A stretch of 64,000 bases of DNA from NCBI RefSeq assembly GCF_001194135.2, contig NC_069006.1, forward strand, positions 18,978,538 to 19,042,537, read 5' to 3'. The position numbers and the translations under genes were made by a program. Position 1 is the first letter of the stretch, and the number at the start of each line of letters is the position of its first letter. This document shows positions 9,925-20,872 of this stretch, in pieces. Under the pieces are notes generated by a model. It was not told the DNA's origin. It was given only the letters and a program-made list of their open reading frames with translations, and searched no databases. Origin of the DNA: Octopus bimaculoides. Lineage: Eukaryota.

Positions 9925-10596
9925 GAAGGTTTGAAAATGCACTTATTTTTTAAAAATATTTATTTACTTAACCGGTTTCACTTTTTTAGAAAAAGATTAT
10001 CAAAAGTCTTTTGAGAATAATAAAAAATGTTAAAAAACAGTCTGAGTATTAAAATGCATATATACATTCTTTGATGATAAAATATATTTAAAGTATAAAG
10101 CTTTGTATGAACTTTGTAGTGTTACATACTGATTGTCACACATTCTCTGATATATACTGCGTATGAGTATATATGTATGTATGTATGTATGTATATGTCA
10201 GAAAAAATATATTCAAGTAGAACAATTCAATCTTTTTGAGGAGTCCAAAAGGAGAGAAAAATAATATGAAAATGAAGAAAGTTTGCCAATGTGAGGACTA
10301 AAAGTATTTTGGATTACAAGACAGTGATTGAAACCTTTGGCATTATGCTGTGCTTGAGAAGAAGACCCATCAAGCTAAGTGAAACTATAGTCTCAATATA
10401 TACGACAGGCTTCTTTAAGTTTCCATCTATCAAATCCACTCAGTTTGGTTTGCCTCAGGATTTATTAGAAGACACTTGGTCCATGATGTCACTTTGCGAA
10501 GCAAACTTCTTAACACACAGCAATGCCTATGTATGTATTATATTCTCAAAAATGTATGATCTTGATGCTATGTTAGAAATTTTATATTCATTTCAG

Positions 10597-10698
10597 CAAA
10601 TATTAGTATTGGAACGAATGTTGTAGTCATGGGTGACTCTAGCATTGCAGAAAAGCCAAAATGTGAGAGTGATAACGATCAATTCAGCTGCTATCTCA
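10597..10698 (+). CDS. RHIM/death-domain cassette 2, exon a (RHIM-like motif + linker)
   Basis: Acceptor cattTCAG|, donor ctca|GTAAGT; 102 nt, phase 1-1. Reads (A)NISIGTNVVVMGDSSIAEKPKCESDNDQFSCYL; an in-frame 21-nt difference from cassette 1. Confidence 0.82.
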
Positions 10699-10734
10699 GT
10701 AAGTAAAAGTAGTTTCTATTTGTTTACTCTTTTT

Positions 10735-11110
10735 ACTCTTTTACTTGTTTCAGTCATTTGACTGCAGCCATGCTGGAGCACCGCCTTTAGTCGAACAAAT
10801 TGACCCCAGGACTTATTTTTTGTAAGCCTAGTACTTATTCTATTGGTCTCTTTTGCCGAACTGCAAAGTTATGGGGACGTAAACACACCAGCATCGGTTG
10901 TCAAGCGATGTTGGGGGGACAAACACAGACACACAAACACACACACATATATATATATATATATACATATATACGACGGGCTTCTTTCAGTTTCCGTCTA
11001 CCAAATCCACTCACAAGGCTTTGGTCGGCCCGAGGCTATAGGAGAAAACACTTGCCCAAGGTGCCATGCATGTGGTTGGTAAGCAAGCTACTTACCACAC
11101 AGCCACTCCA
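10735..11110 (-). mobile_element. Family-1 SINE, young full-length copy in cassette 2 intron
   Basis: Near-identical (reverse complement) to 56996-57402, with tail (gtaaaaga)n. Confidence 0.8.
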
Positions 11111-11217
11111 ACCTTTTACTTGTATCAGTCATTAGAAGGAGGCCATGCATATATATATGTATGCACATATATATATATGTGTCTGTACATATATATATGT
11201 ATGCACATATGTATATG

Positions 11218-11267
<50 letters not shown>

Positions 11268-11339
11268 TCTATAAATATATACATTGGGTTATCCCTGTAA
11301 ACAATGCATTTTTTTATACTTCTTTTATTTTCCAAAATT

Positions 11340-12060
11340 AAGATAAACAAAGTTCTTTTCTAATCTAAAATATACTCTCCTTCGTTTTCTACAATGCTCT
11401 TCTGTCTATCTGGTAGACTTGCAAGGCCCCTCTTCCAAAATTCTCTTGTCCGTGACGAAAAATACTCCTCCAGTACTGTTCTGACCTCGTCTACAGAATT
11501 CATATTTTTTCCATCCAAATGATTTTGAAGACTGCGGAATAAATGATAATCCGATGGGACAATGTCCAGCGAATATGGTGGGTGGGGCAAAAAAGGTTCA
11601 TTCATGAGATGTGACAGCAAAGAAGAGCACACATTCACTTGCAGCACGTGATTAGACTCGGAAAGTTTGTGAGCAACCTATTGACCCAATTTGCTTACTT
11701 TTCCGATGGCACACAGGTGTCAATGAATGGGTGAATGACCAAATCCAAGCTTTTCTGCTAGTTCCTCAACACTTACAATGGGATTTTGTTCCACTAGGGT
11801 TTGCAGGATGTCCTAATTGAGCGCTACAAATCTTCCAGGATGAGGCTCGTCTTCTAGTCTAATTTCCGTCTTGGAATTTCCGGAACCACTGTTGACACTG
11901 GCTTACAGTTATTGTCGAATCCCAATATACTACATTAATATTCCTCACACTTTCTGTTGCGTTGTTGCCTTTATTGAAATCATAAAGCAAAATAGCTTTG
12001 AAAAAATAACTGTTAAAATCAAACAGCACTCTTTAAAATTTGCAGTAAGAACAATCACAA
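11340..12060 (-). mobile_element. Internally deleted, decayed mariner transposase
   Basis: Minus strand reads LLYDFNKGNNATES...QWFRKFQDGN...KLGQ*VAHKLS...CSSLLSHLMNEPFL, joined directly to PHPPYSLDIVPSDYHLFRSLQNHLDGK...GEYILD* (WVPHEL- and YSPDL-type motifs; DD core deleted). Confidence 0.88.
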
Positions 12061-12967
12061 GGTGAACTTACTACCTGCTTTTATAGTAAGTGAATACAGG
12101 TAGTTTATCCTGTTCCCCTGTGACTTTTAGTTCATGCAATTGATAAAAACTGCATTATTTATGAGATGACCCTTATAAATGAGTAACAGTAGAGAACTAC
12201 AGGTGTCACTTCATGATGACCATTTCAAACAACTCGTTTAGTTAATTAACAAAAACATTACATCATTGTAAAGAAACCGTTTTCATCAGATAAATTCATG
12301 AACTTCAAAATATAGCACATTCAATATGATTTGACATAGTTTACAATCTATACAACAAAAATATTTCTAGAAATAGCAGCAGAAACAATATAAATGTTTT
12401 TGCTCTGTGGATTGTAAACTATGTTAAATCATTTTGAATGTCCTTTATTTTGAAGTTCATGAATTCGTCTGAGGAAAACTGTTTTTTTTCACAATGATGT
12501 AATGTCTTCATTAATCAATTAAAGGGTTCATTAGAAACAGTCATAATTGATTGACACCTGTACCTCTGCAGTTACTCGTTTACATTTTATTCACCTGTCT
12601 CGAAATCTGCTCTTCATAAATATTATGGACCATATATTTAATATAATGTACATGTCAAGAGTGGATTTCTTCATTCAGCTTGGTTTAATAGTCTACATAC
12701 ACTGCAAGAATATCATTTGGCTGGTATTTATGTAGCAAGTTTGATGTTTACATAATATTGTTGTGTGTGTGTGTGTGTGTGTAAGTTGCCAACTAAGGAT
12801 TACAAGGATTTAAAAGATTTGGGGATGACAAAACACCCCATGTGACTAACACAGGGTTAAGATAGAGTGTGAAATTTGATGGCGATTTAATTGTTATTTC
12901 TAAACAAAAAAGTAAATATGAAACATTTCAATATAAAATCTTAAGAATCATGGAAATATTTTTGCAG

Positions 12968-13042
12968 AGTCTAATACAGTACTGACTGAGAAACACCTCA
13001 CCAAAATAGCCAAATACTTAGCGAAAAAATGGAAGTCTGTTG
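12968..13042 (+). CDS. RHIM/death-domain cassette 2, exon b
   Basis: Acceptor tttttgcAG|, donor gttg|GTAAGT; 75 nt, phase 1-1. Reads KSNTVLTEKHLTKIAKYLAKKWKSVG; only 3 nt differ from 1691-1765. Confidence 0.9.
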
Positions 13043-13384
13043 GTAAGTATAAAATATCCATTACTTCAGATGTTTTGCTTCTATCATATCTTTGTTTTAT
13101 CTTTGACTTGTTTCAGTCATTAGACTGTGGCCATGCTGGTGCACCACCTTGAAGAATTTTTAGTCAGATGAATTCAGTACTTTTTTTTTTTTTTTTTTGA
13201 AGCCAGGTGTTTATTCTATCAGTCACTTTTGCTGAACTGCTAAGTTACAGAGATGCGAACACACCAACCCTGGTTGTCAAGCAGTGGTGGAAACAAACAC
13301 ACACATACACACGTGCACATAGGTTTGAAATAAGGTGGAAAAAGTAGTACTTGAATACCAAAGGTAGAAAAAAATGTTCTTTTA

Positions 13385-13522
13385 TTGAAGCTGGAAAAAC
13401 CTTCACAAGCTGTTACTCAGATTTTTATGTAACCTATCATCAGACAGTTGTGATACTGAATTATCAAATATTTCTGATGAAACTCTGAGTAAGAGTTTGT
13501 GGAGGATTTTTTCCAGCTTCAA
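13385..13522. repeat. Long imperfect foldback (hairpin) element
   Basis: Nested arms ttgaagctggaaaaa/ttttttccagcttcaa, ccttcacaagctgttactcaga/tctgagtaagagtttgtggagg (19/22), tcatcaga/tctgatga, tgata/tatca. Confidence 0.75.
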
Positions 13523-13534
13523 AAAATTAGTTCA

Positions 13535-13770
13535 TCATTTCTTTGGTGACATCCCTCCAGGATCAGGTCATGAATTTTCATGATGCTTTCATTCGTTTGG
13601 GAGGTCGACGGTCGCCTTGCATGAGGTTGGTCTTCAAATGACTAGTGACCCTTCCTACAGCATGGAAACCACTCATAAACTTGTGCTTCGCTTATGGCAG
13701 CATCCTTGTAAGCTGCTTGAAGTTTGACAACTGTTTCAGCGACCATTTTTCCCTAGTATAAATTTTTTCA
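13535..13770 (-). mobile_element. Mariner transposase N-terminal (HTH) fragment
   Basis: AETVVKLQAAYKDAAISEAQVYEWF...SFEDQPHARRPSTSQTNESIMKIHDLIL matches the mariner HTH-SGRP region. Confidence 0.75.
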
Positions 13771-13847
13771 TTATGTATCCCTCGAAATCGATACATTATT
13801 TACTATTATTATTGTTGTTGTCAATGATATAATATTTTTATTTTCAG

Positions 13848-14053
13848 GTCGAAATTTAGGGATTGAAAATGCTGACATAGATATAATACAAAGTGACAAC
13901 GTACTTAATACTGAAGAACAGAGTTTTCAAATGTTGAACAAATGGTTGAAGATGTCCAAGCCAGAGAAAGGTACAACTGGCAATTTAGCTAAAGCTCTCA
14001 TTGATGCTGATTGTCATGGTGCGATTCCATATTTACCATTAGATGAAGAGTGA
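13848..14053 (+). CDS. RHIM/death-domain cassette 2, terminal exon
   Basis: Acceptor tttttattttcAG|, phase 1. Reads GRNLGIENADIDIIQSDNVLNTEEQSFQMLNKWLKMSKPEKGTTGNLAKALIDADCHGAIPYLPLDEE*; same length as the cassette 1 exon, no stops or frameshifts. Confidence 0.9.
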
Positions 14054-14259
14054 TTAGCAGAAAAAAATTTCTCCACCGTGGTATGTTTTGAATAAGAAGA
14101 CCATTATTATATCATTTAATTTCTAAATATCTGCTTATATCTGTATTAATATTTGATTATACCAGTACTGATATGACATATATTGAAGTACCAAAATATT
14201 TTAAGTGTTTAGGGTCTTAATCCTGCCTACATATATATGTTATTCGAAATATGAACAAT

Positions 14260-14277
14260 AATAAACCATAAAATAAA
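14260..14277 (+). promoter_or_regulatory. Tandem AATAAA poly(A) signals, cassette 2
   Basis: AATAAA at 14260-14265 and 14272-14277, within a 3' UTR clearly homologous to 3541-3800. Confidence 0.7.
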
Positions 14278-14981
14278 TTTTTATTTTTCAAAATGAAAAA
14301 AAAACTAACAGTAAGATGGAAATTGTTCATTTTTGTATTCTTCTAGTTTCTTTATTTTGGAAAAGTTTTCTCCTCCTTTTTTAATTGCAAAGTCTTTGAT
14401 CAGATCCCTAAAATTAGTTTTACGTAACACATCTACGTTTATAATTAGTATAGATAAAGTATCCTGAATATTATCTTACCAAGTTTAAAGTGATTTCTTT
14501 TGTGCCGTAAACCATTTACCATTTCTCAGATTCCCTGCTTCTCTTGATGCACTAAGCATGTATTTATTTTGTATAATGATTAATCCAATGTTGTATGTAG
14601 GTATTCAGGATGTGCATCAGTTGTTAGCTGAACACTTTTAATTTTCAAATGTACCTTGCCTGCTTAACCCTTTTAATACCAACCTGCCTGAAACTACCCC
14701 TGGCTCTATGATAACAACCCATGTTTTCATATTACTAACTACTAAGTCAAAAGAAATTCAATTTATTGCATCTTTAGCGACTTCAGATATTGCTTAATCG
14801 ACAATGTATTATTTGAAAAGTGAATAAAACAAATTCTCATACTGAGGAGGGATGGGGGCTGAGATTCTAACTAGGGGTGCTGAGCACCCCATAGCCCGCC
14901 CACCCCCCGTGGCTACGTGTCTGTGAGAGGACAGACTACTTCTACCCGAAATTCATTCAACTAGCAGAGCCTGAATACTTT

Positions 14982-15265
14982 TACTAATTACAGGGTGGCA
15001 GCAATAAGCAGTGACGTGTACAAATAGAAAGTTATTAACAGCTCAAATATGCTAGGAGCATATTCAAAACCGTAAAAATGTCATTAAGTGTGTTTTTGCC
15101 ACTGAGAAAATTTCTTGCGATGGTGTTAATACACCAACATCAGCTCCCAGCGTCACAAAACACAGTGAACTGCTTTCTTACTGGTTCAAATATGCCTCGA
15201 GCATATTTGAACTGGTAATAACCTTGGACTTGCACTAATGTCCACTGAAACGGGGTATCAACTAA
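14982..15265. repeat. Downstream block shared by both cassettes (copy 2)
   Basis: Homologous to 5024-5312; dyads at 15046-15064 and 15184-15212 (12-bp perfect arms GTTCAAATATGC/GCATATTTGAAC). Confidence 0.8.
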
Positions 15266-15299
15266 AAAAAGAACATTTGTCTTCGAGAAAACGCCAGAA

Positions 15300-15683
15300 C
15301 GCACAAGGGGGAGGTAAAAGAACAAAGTGAAATGAGAAAAAAGAGAGTTGTGTCCCTTTGACCTCTTCCACATCTGGTGCACGTTTTTCTTTAAGGATAT
15401 TTTTCATATAAAGGACAAAAAACAAGTTACAGGGAGTAGCATCGGGTGAATGGGGGTGGTGAAGGTAAGTGGAGTCATGCCATTTTTGGTCAAAAACTGT
15501 CTTACACTCCAGACGGTGCGCGCAGGCGCATTGTCGTGATAAAACCACCACTCTCCACTTCGCCACAGGTCATGCATTTTCGTCTTTGCCGCGTCTTGCA
15601 AATGCTTCAGAACTGCCAAGTGAAATGTCTGGTTAACAGTTTGGCCTGGAGGAATAAATTCTGTGTGGGTAATTCCTTTTGTG
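15300..15683 (-). mobile_element. Mariner transposase catalytic-domain fragment
   Basis: KGITHTEFIPPGQTVNQ...WWFYHDNAPART...FLTKNGM and, after a frameshift, HHPHSPDATPCNLFF (HDNA and YSPDL-type motifs). Confidence 0.85.
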
Positions 15684-15853
15684 AAGGCGCATAGCTCAGT
15701 GGTTAGAGCGTCGAACTTACGATCGTGGGTTGTGAGTTTGAATCCCGAACCGGGCTGCGTGTTGAGTTCTTGAGCAAGACACTTTATTTCACGTTGCTCC
15801 AGTTTCACTCCGCTGTAGAAATGAGTTGCAATGTCACTGGTGCCAAGCTGTAT
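15684..15853 (+). mobile_element. Family-2 SINE 5' part (tRNA-like head + central domain A), fused to the CRE LINE
   Basis: ggcgcaTAGCTCAGTGGttagagc...GTTTGAATCC A/B boxes; follows the 480-805 consensus up to ggtgccaagctgtat. Confidence 0.8.
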
Positions 15854-17495
15854 AGACCCTCCTACCTCTCTTTCAGTAACCAAATCATCGTCTCTGCCTC
15901 AGGAGTCAAACAAGGCGATCCACTCGGGCCTGCTCTGTTCGCATTGGGCATTGATGGCATCACTAAGATGGGGCTCAAGCTAGACCTTAATATCTGGTAT
16001 CTTGACGATGCTTCTTTGGAGGGGGAGGGACATCTAGACAGGGTTCTTGCCATTGCAAACAAAATGGTTAAGGAGCTTGGTCGTAGGGTCCCCAAGTAAA
16101 TAGCGCTAAATGTGAGCTCTGGATCCTCAACCACCTGGCTTCTCAACATCAACAATCTATAGACCTATTTGTAGAGCCTTTCCCTTCCATTGCAGTTCCT
16201 CCCTCATCGGTGTGGTGCTCCTTAGGAGCCCCAATTACTGACCTTGATTCTATATTTGCTTAAAGTCAGCTCCTCTGAGTAATTCCCATCTTGCCTCCAT
16301 TGCTTCAACAACCTAATTTTTGAGAGGTTTGAATACTTGGTCAATGTCAGGTTCTCTCCAGCGTGCTATGATCAGGCTGCATTGTACAAGCAATTTGGGG
16401 GTCTTGGTCTTTGTAAGTTTACATCCCTCTCTCTCCCCTCCTTCTGTTCCTCTATTCACGCCTGCTCCATCCTGGTGAGCAACATCTTCTCCTCTCCAAC
16501 ATGGACCAGTTCCAACAGGGAGTTCGATGAAGTTCTCCAACACAGTAGTGAATTGGGCTTGTCTGCTCCTGAGAAGGCGGAGGACTGTCGGAGTCAGAGA
16601 GCTTGGGACAATATAATTTCAAATGCCACCTTCAACTCATTCTTCATCCAGTTGGACCAGTTTCCAAGGTGCTGCTTACTATCTGCTTGCACCAAATACT
16701 CAGGTGACTGGTTTGATGCCATTCCTGTGGCTAACATCAGTGGCCCACTCAGCTTGGACGAACTTTGTGTTTCTATTGCCCTCAGAGTGGGAGCTGATGT
16801 CTGCATGAGTTTCAGTTATTGTTGTGTCAAGCTCCTTGACTTCACAGGCCTCCATGGTTTTTCTACCCGCCTGAATGCCGATCACTTCAAGCATCATACG
16901 GAATTAAACCTTACACTCGAGAGGAGTTTGGCCTGGGAAAACATCCCCTCCATCATGGAACCATCTGGGTTGTCCACATGTGATGGGAAAAGACCCGACA
17001 GCCTCACCCTGTACCCCTTGTTGAGAGGCAGATGCTTTGTCTGGGACATCACAGTTAGTGACTCCTTTGCTTCTTCTCACATCCTGGATGCTGTGGCCAG
17101 GGTGAGATCCACAGCTTCTGTGGCTGAGTGGAACAAAATCCTAAAGTACTACGATCTGTCAGCCAACTACATTTTCCATCTTGTGGCGCTTGAGATTTTT
17201 GGTGGGGTTGGACCACTGACTGCAAGATTCCTGTCTTTACTGGCAGATCTCCAAGCAGAGGTAACTGGTGAATCTTATAAGGGTGCTTGGTTGTTCCAGC
17301 GCATCAGCCTTCCCATCACCCGCAGCACCGCTACAAGTGTGGTGTGCCTCAATAGTCATTAGAGAAGTTTTCCCAGCACCCCAAAATGTTCAACCTAAGG
17401 TGGTGAATTGTTTTTGTTTTTTGTTTTGTTGTTTTTCTTCTTCTCACTCTTATGTATATATTTAATAAAGGGTTTACTAACCATGTAATATATCT
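15854..17495 (+). mobile_element. 5'-truncated CRE-clade non-LTR retrotransposon (RT C-terminal half + zinc knuckle + RLE endonuclease), frameshifted
   Basis: GVKQGDPLGPALF and WYLDD (RT); frameshift near 16095 (VNSAKCELW); 341-aa ORF 16337-17362 with QFGGLG, SQRAWD, degenerate C.C..D..G.H knuckle, DGKRPD, WDITV, E..K..KY, LFQRIS; 3' UTR with AATAAA near 17463. Confidence 0.85.
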
Positions 17496-18231
17496 TTAAA
17501 TAAGCATTACATTTGACAGAGTAATCTGAACGCTAAAGGGTCAATACTTTAGTATTTAAACCTGCCGTATCTGGTCCAGATATTCTATCAGTTTTATGTT
17601 TAAATCAGCCACATTTAGCTATTCGTACCCACCCTCCAATGTCATTCTAGAAATAAACGTCATTAAAATCTTGAAGGCGCACGCGCACACACAATCACAC
17701 GCATGCCCGCACACACACACACATCTCAGGCTTTGGTTAGCTGGAATCAGCACCGAAAACGAAATAAACTATGTTAAATGAAAACAGTTTCAGACTGTTT
17801 TGTCACAAATATTTTATTAAGCGTTCCTTATATGTAAAGTAAGGGACATCACTCTTGAGAGAACTAATTTAGTAAGGGAAATAACTCGAACTTCTGGACG
17901 AGCGAGCAGAAGATAGACGTCTGTCGAGATTAATTGCTAAGAAAATGCAATGAAGAGATTTAAGCAAGAGTCAGGCCATCACACTGGCATTGGTACAAAT
18001 TCTTCTATACTAATAATTCCTGTATTTACTCACAGTTTGTAAATTTAGAGTTGATACAAAGCAAACATTCTATTGCTGAGATTGTTGGTTCTCAACTTCG
18101 GACGATATGACTATTGAGGCTCTATATATGATTTTGTTGTTTATGTGCAAGAAACTGGTTGTATTTATACAATACTCAAAATATTTTAACTTTTTCCTAC
18201 AATTCCCAATAATAATTAGTTATAAAATATA

Positions 18232-18590
18232 CCTGTGCCCAGCGTTGCCTTTCTGGCGCTTGTGCCCGTGGCATGTGTAAGGACTTTCGAGCGACATCGT
18301 TGCCAGTGCCCCTGGACTGGCCCTTGTGCGGGTGGCACATAAAATACACCATTTCGAGCGTGGTCGTTGCCAGTACCGCCTGACTGGCATTCGTGCCAGT
18401 GGCACGTAAAATCACCTACTACACTCTCGGAATGGTTGGCGTTAGGAAGGGCATCCAGCTGTAGAAACTCTGCCAAATTAGATTGGAGCCTGGTGTAGCC
18501 ATCTGTTTTCACCAGTCCTCAGTCAAATCGTCCAACCCATGCTAGCATGGAAAGCGGACGTTAAACGACGACGATGATGATGATGATGAT
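18232..18590 (+). mobile_element. RTE-LINE 3' end / RTE-tailed element ending in (GAT)n
   Basis: Same sequence as the 3' UTR of the RTE at 46935-48134; other copies at 28370-28690 (+), 29620-29950 (-), 45309-45530 (-) and short tails at 32410-32530 and 55560-55690. Confidence 0.8.
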
Positions 18591-18699
18591 TAGTAGGATA
18601 TTTTAAATGTTGAATGGCTATACGGGTCCACCCATGCAAATTAGGAATCAAAGTGGTCCACAGGTAAAAAGGGTTGAGAACCACTGGTCTAGATTAATG

Positions 18700-18990
18700 G
18701 CAGTATCATACAAATTATATTACCAAAAGAGAACCCTGAAAGGATGAAAGGCAAAGTCGATGGCAGTGGAATTACAGCTCAGATCATAAAGATGGACAAA
18801 AAGGCTGCTAAGCATTTTACCCTGTGCAATAATGATTCTATATACCATTCAGTATCCTGTACTGAGTCTGCCAAGGTCGACTTTGCCTTTCATCCTTTCG
18901 GGGTCGATAAATTAAGTGTCAGTTGCGTACTGAGGTCGATCTAATCGACTGCCACCCCCCCTCCCACAACATTTTGGACCGTGTGATTAG
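18700..18990. mobile_element. Head-to-head pair of family-3 SINEs
   Basis: gaaaggatgaaaggcaaagtcga (near 18737-18760) is the reverse complement of tcgactttgcctttcatcctttc (near 18877-18899). Confidence 0.7.
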
Positions 18991-20028
18991 AATAGAAAAG
19001 AATATCCTTTATTGAGTAACAGACCCTGTTTTTGAAGGTGGTTAATTTGCATATAGTGTATCAAAAATAGTTTGGTTCTTTACTTTTTCTTTGTGGATTG
19101 GTAAAGATTAAACATACTCTGCTTGAGAAGTGTATTAATCTGTACTTGTATCTGTAAAATAAAATCATGTTCCTTACTTTTCTTTGCTTACTTGTCATCC
19201 TATAAACATTATACTCTATTCATGGTACAATATGGTATCTTTTAAGTAGATTCAGAAATACCAAACAGATTGCTTTTGAAGTGTATTACTTTTAATCTGT
19301 TAAATATATAAAGTATGACTGATAAATTTGTCATTGCTTGAAGTTCTTTTATCATGGATTTAAGACTATCAAACCTTAGATTAACTCTTACTCTCATGTA
19401 GTTCTCTGTGTTTTAACTCCTTGTTCATATAAGGATTGGCAAAAGAGACTTAAAACTACGTTTAGAATGTAATAACTTTAATGCAGCCTTCTGTGTGCAT
19501 ACGTGATCTTGCAATGTTACAGGTCATATCCTGTGCAACCCATTTGTGTACCTAGTGAGGAAGCATGTTTTCAAGCAGTTCATGAATGAGTGTCCACTGC
19601 GGATTGGAGTGGTCTATGATGTCAAGAGTTAAACAACAACAGGTTATATAATGAAATAGGCTGGACAGTTGAGCTAGTGAATGTTCCTGCCATCACACTG
19701 TACCCAACAAGACAAACCGCAGCATGTCAACTTGATTGGTGTAGTTATCAACCTGCCACAGCCAAGGTAAATCTGGAAAAATACTGTGGCTGACTACCTA
19801 TCTGCCATAATAATCTGCCGGGTCATACAATAACAACAACAACAACAATAATGATGATGACAATGCTAAATAAAATCACTTTGTGTGTATAACAGAGTTT
19901 ATAAAATCATTTATTTATTATCAGATTAAAATTAAAATTTAAATATTCATGCTGAATAACAATTCTTGTTTTCACAAACCTAATAATGATGACTTGTTAT
20001 TTATATACATACTTGCACGTGTGTGTGT

Positions 20029-20090
<62 letters not shown>

Positions 20091-20732
20091 TTACAAATAT
20101 ATACATATACATACATATCTATATAAATATACATACATATATATATACATATACACACACATACATACATGTGTGTGTATATATATATATATAGTGTCAA
20201 TTATAGTTTTCCTATTCGGTAAAACATTGCACATGGCTATCTGTATTAAATTATTATTATTATTACACACATGCATGCACACACACACATGAACACACAC
20301 ATACACAGACACACTCATGCACCCATATTTGTGATCAGCTAAGGGGGAAACTCAGTGAGTAAACTGTCATTTTATGATATTACAAACAAATATACACGTA
20401 CACACACCCACACACATGTAGTCGACATAATAGCCATAATAAAAAATATTCAGTTTTAGATGAAATGTGTGATGTAACTGACGGAAGCAGAGTTGTAATC
20501 TTATACTAAAGGTAGTCATATTAAGCTGATATTAGTGCTAGGCTTACTGATTAGTTAATTAGCAAGTTAAAGGTGCGGAATTGTAATGATCTTTTGGACA
20601 TTGACTGATGAGGAATTAGCTACAAATTTTGTGTTTGTAGTGTGTTTGTAAAATTTTCTTTTTGTTGTATTTTTATTAAATTTTTGAAATATATATATAC
20701 ATGTGTGTATTTGTGTGTGTGTGTGCGTGTGT

Positions 20733-20872
20733 ACAAGGGGGTGCTGAGAAATTCCCGGTTTAGGGTGAAAGAAAATACAGGAGGTTCAGTTAATTATGAT
20801 TTTATTCAACATAACCCCTTCTCAGATTCACACACTTGTTGCAGCGGTTCTTCAGTTTTTCTAGGTTCTGTA
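20733..20872 (-). mobile_element. Mariner 3' end with TIR
   Basis: TIR-like tacaagggggtgctgagaaattcc; minus strand reads ...EKLKNRCNKCVNLR.GYVE*, a typical mariner C-terminus. Confidence 0.6.

Noticed and set aside
15684-15770. tRNA gene candidate (also 54985-55052 and 40406-40480)
   Set aside because: A/B boxes are present but there is no matching acceptor stem and the sequence runs into SINE body; these are tRNA-derived SINE heads.
16337-17362. 341-aa ORF as a host gene
   Set aside because: It is the 3' part of a frameshifted, 5'-truncated CRE retrotransposon; no own promoter or exon structure seen.
17740-17960. CpG-richer unique segment with a small hairpin (cttctg...cagaag)
   Set aside because: No ORF, splice pair or repeat match that I could support; too little evidence for a promoter call.
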